Source: Camelus dromedarius
Lineage: Eukaryota
Length of the DNA stretch: 64,000 bases
Reading direction: 5' to 3'
NCBI RefSeq assembly: GCF_036321535.1
Contig: NC_087445.1
Span: 78,182,001-78,246,000, forward strand
Of this stretch, positions 61,801 through 64,000 are shown one piece after another. Within the stretch, counting starts at the first letter, position 1. Each line of letters starts with the position of its first letter. The notes under the pieces were generated by a model. That model worked only from the letters and a program-made list of their open reading frames with translations, was not told where the DNA came from and did no database searches. The position numbers were made by a program, and so were the translations under genes.

Positions 61801-63441
61801 GTCACCGAGATGGAGAGCTGCACAAAGCCCGTGATGAACCAGGCCACCCAGTGCACCGCGTTGTTCAGGCCCATGGTCTTCATCACCTGTGGGCAGTGGG
61901 CAGGCAGCGGGCATGGGGCCTTGAGACAGCGTCCCCAGGAAGGAACGCCCTGCCCAGCCCCACCAGCCCAGGGCCAGGGAGGGAAGTTGCCCCCCACCTC
62001 CATTCCTCCCCCACCTCTAACATTTGTAACTCTATCCCCCCTTTCCCCCACCTCCATCCTTCCCCTTCCTCTACTCCTCCATCTCTCGCTCCTTCCTCCA
62101 TCCCTTCCCCCTTCCATCTCCCCATCTCTCTCCTTTCCCCCTCCTCCATCTCCCCCCTCCACCCCCCCTCCTCTGCTCCAACCCCCCACCTCCTTCAGCC
62201 GGTGCTCCTTCTCTGCCACAATGTGCTGGATGGTCATGGCTACAGAGTAGACCCAGGAAATCACCATGCAGAGCGGCATCATGTGCTCGATGACGAACAG
62301 AAAGCTGGGGAGAGGGAGGGGAGGGGCGTGAGGGTGGGGCTCGCTGCCTGCCTATGGCGCCCTGCCCTCGGCCGCCCCCACTCACTCGTCCCGCGTGTAG
62401 CAGGGATACGGGAACATCTGCACATAGTTGCCCGGCTCCACCACGTCGTGGCCCACGAAGGTGTCGATGATGGCGCGCTCCATCATATCTGCGATGGGGG
62501 GCAGCGGTCAGCCGCGGCCACGCCCCGCCCCCCGCGGCCCCAGGGCCGGCCCTCACCCTGGATCCAGACGAAGCCGTACAGGAAGTAGAAGCGGCCGCCG
62601 GTGTTGGGCCCCGGCCGCCAGTAGGCCCGGCGGATCTCGTTGGTTTTCTCGGTGAAGCTGGAATTCTGGCGGATCTTGTAGTGCACGTGGGGCGGCAGGG
62701 AGCCGTCCTTGCGGGTCTGGAAGATCACGCCTGGCACAGGAGGGGCGGGGCCGGGGAAGGGGCGGGGTGAGGGGCGGGATTGAGAAGTGGCCGGTAAAGG
62801 GGTGCGGGTCATGCAGGGACTGGGGGAGGGGAGAGGCGAAGGAGCAGGGCTCGGGGAGCTGCCCAGGGGCCCCGGCTCACTGGCAAACACGGTGACGTTG
62901 TCCTGGTAGGCCTGGTTCAGGGTGTAGTTGACAATGCTCTCCTCGTCAGGAAAACCCTTGAAGATGTCCACGCTCACCTGGGGGAGGGGGGGTCATTAGA
63001 GTTGACCCTGGGAACCTGAGAAGCCCCTCCGGGCTCGCCCACCCACCTTGGACATGAACTGGATCCAGCCGCAGGCCGCATTGTCGATGGTGTCCAGCTG
63101 CTGCAGGAGGACCGAGCCGTTGGGCAGCGAGAAGTTGTCCTGGCGCAGGGCAGGCGGCAGCTCCTCTGGTGACAGGCTCAGAGCTTCGGGGTGCAGCCGC
63201 AGCTCTGTCACATACTGGGGATGGGAGGCCAGCTCAGCGGGTGGCCTGGGCCAGCCACCCCCAGGACAGAGAGGGCTCCCTGCCACCCCCGCCAGCCCAG
63301 CCCCCTCGGCACCTGCTGCAGCCAGCGCAGGTGCTGCTGCAGCCTGCCCTGCTCCAGGTAGCTGCGGATCTCCGCCGAGATGTTGAGCCAGAGCTGGGCA
63401 TAGTGAGTCACATTGCCAACAAGGGCAAAGGTCTCATTGGC
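52825..63441 (-). CDS. ABCA2: ABC transporter A2, partial (5' exons outside the window); 38 visible coding exons plus one hidden in the N gap
   Basis: Exons: 63441-63313, 63214-63047, 62977-62881, 62730-62557, 62488-62386, 62304-62190, 61886-61696, 61596-61446, 61373-61169, 61054-60890, 60799-60619, 60514-60302, 60212-60016, 59931-59749, 59584-59400, 59008-58888, 58614-58378, 58296-58090, 57848-57746, 57643-57324, 57253-57040, 56948-56843, 56745-56634, 56558-56498, 56417-56243, 56099-55984, 55904-55757, [gap], 55414-55282, 55141-55024, 54947-54769, 54691-54550, 54479-54345, 54222-54119, 54035-53943, 53843-53741, 53663-53526, 53453-53247, 52860-52825. NBD1 has [16 protein letters not shown] and IILDEP. 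NBD2 has [16 protein letters not shown] and FIFLDEP. End [11 protein letters not shown]. Confidence 0.97.
54291..54365 (-). repeat. 27-bp direct repeat duplicating an ABCA2 exon end and donor
   Basis: GCTCACCAGGAAGATGAAGGCGGGGTA occurs at 54291-54317 and 54339-54365. Confidence 0.95.
55540..55687. other. Assembly gap (148 N) inside ABCA2
   Basis: Run of n. Confidence 1.
61990..62190 (+). repeat. Polypyrimidine (C/T) low-complexity tract in an ABCA2 intron
   Basis: About 200 nt of CCT/CCCCT/CCATC units. Confidence 0.75.
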
Positions 63442-64000
63442 CTGCAGAGGGTGAGGACAGAGCAAGGGGCTCATGGAAAGACCCCAGCCATCGAGGGGGT
63501 TCTCACTCCTTGCCTGCCCCCATGGCTGGATCCAGCCACCAGCCAGGCCCCAACAACAACCAGTCTTGCTCTGGCCAGGCTGCCACGGGGAAGCTCCAAG
63601 CCCTCCCCCTCCAGGCCTCTCTTCAGCACCTCCCCCAGAATTCCCTGTGCCCTGGCTCTCTGGGCAGCATGGCCTCCGGTTCCCCCCACCTCACCAGCTG
63701 TGCCTTCCCTGCTCCTTCGTGGGATGCCTCCAAGCATCCCTTCAGCAACCCCTGTCCCTCATCTTCCCTGTGCTCATTCTAGGGTCCCCTCCACGGCCCC
63801 TCCCCTTCCTGGGCCGCTTCCAGCCCTAGTTTCTGCTTGTTCCAGATAGGACCTCTACCCTGGGGTGGCCACAGACATCTCGCCCTCAGCAGGCCCCAAA
63901 CCACTTGGCTATCCCGCCCAAATGTCGCCCACTGGTTGCTGCTTTAGATGGTTTCCGCGTGTGGCCCCTCCTCCATCCTCACCAGCGCTGCCCAACCCTG

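Overview
GC-rich mammalian genomic DNA syntenic with human 9q34.3, in the order FBXW5(-), C8G(+), LCN12(+), a ~16 kb gene-free interval, PTGDS(+), LCNL1(+), a TE-rich block, PAXX(+), CLIC3(-), and the 3' part of ABCA2(-, 5' end beyond the window). I spliced every gene by hand from GT/AG junctions. All give open frames, except that one ABCA2 exon falls in a 148-N assembly gap. One tRNA-derived SINE resembles the camelid Vic-1 family, so the species is probably alpaca, llama or camel (inference). Nearly all entries in the ORF track are antisense, intron read-through or chance GC-rich ORFs. The most unusual items are four: (1) a fully intact, secretable 7-exon LCNL1; (2) an exact 27-bp duplicate of an ABCA2 exon end plus donor, giving an in-frame alternative donor at Walker B of NBD2; (3) a 156-bp, ~95% identical inverted repeat next to an orphan CpG island; (4) a diverged second copy of LCN12 intron 5 lying 12.6 kb downstream. 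Gene names and human comparisons come from my recall of the protein families, not from a database search. I found no clearly new multi-gene system.
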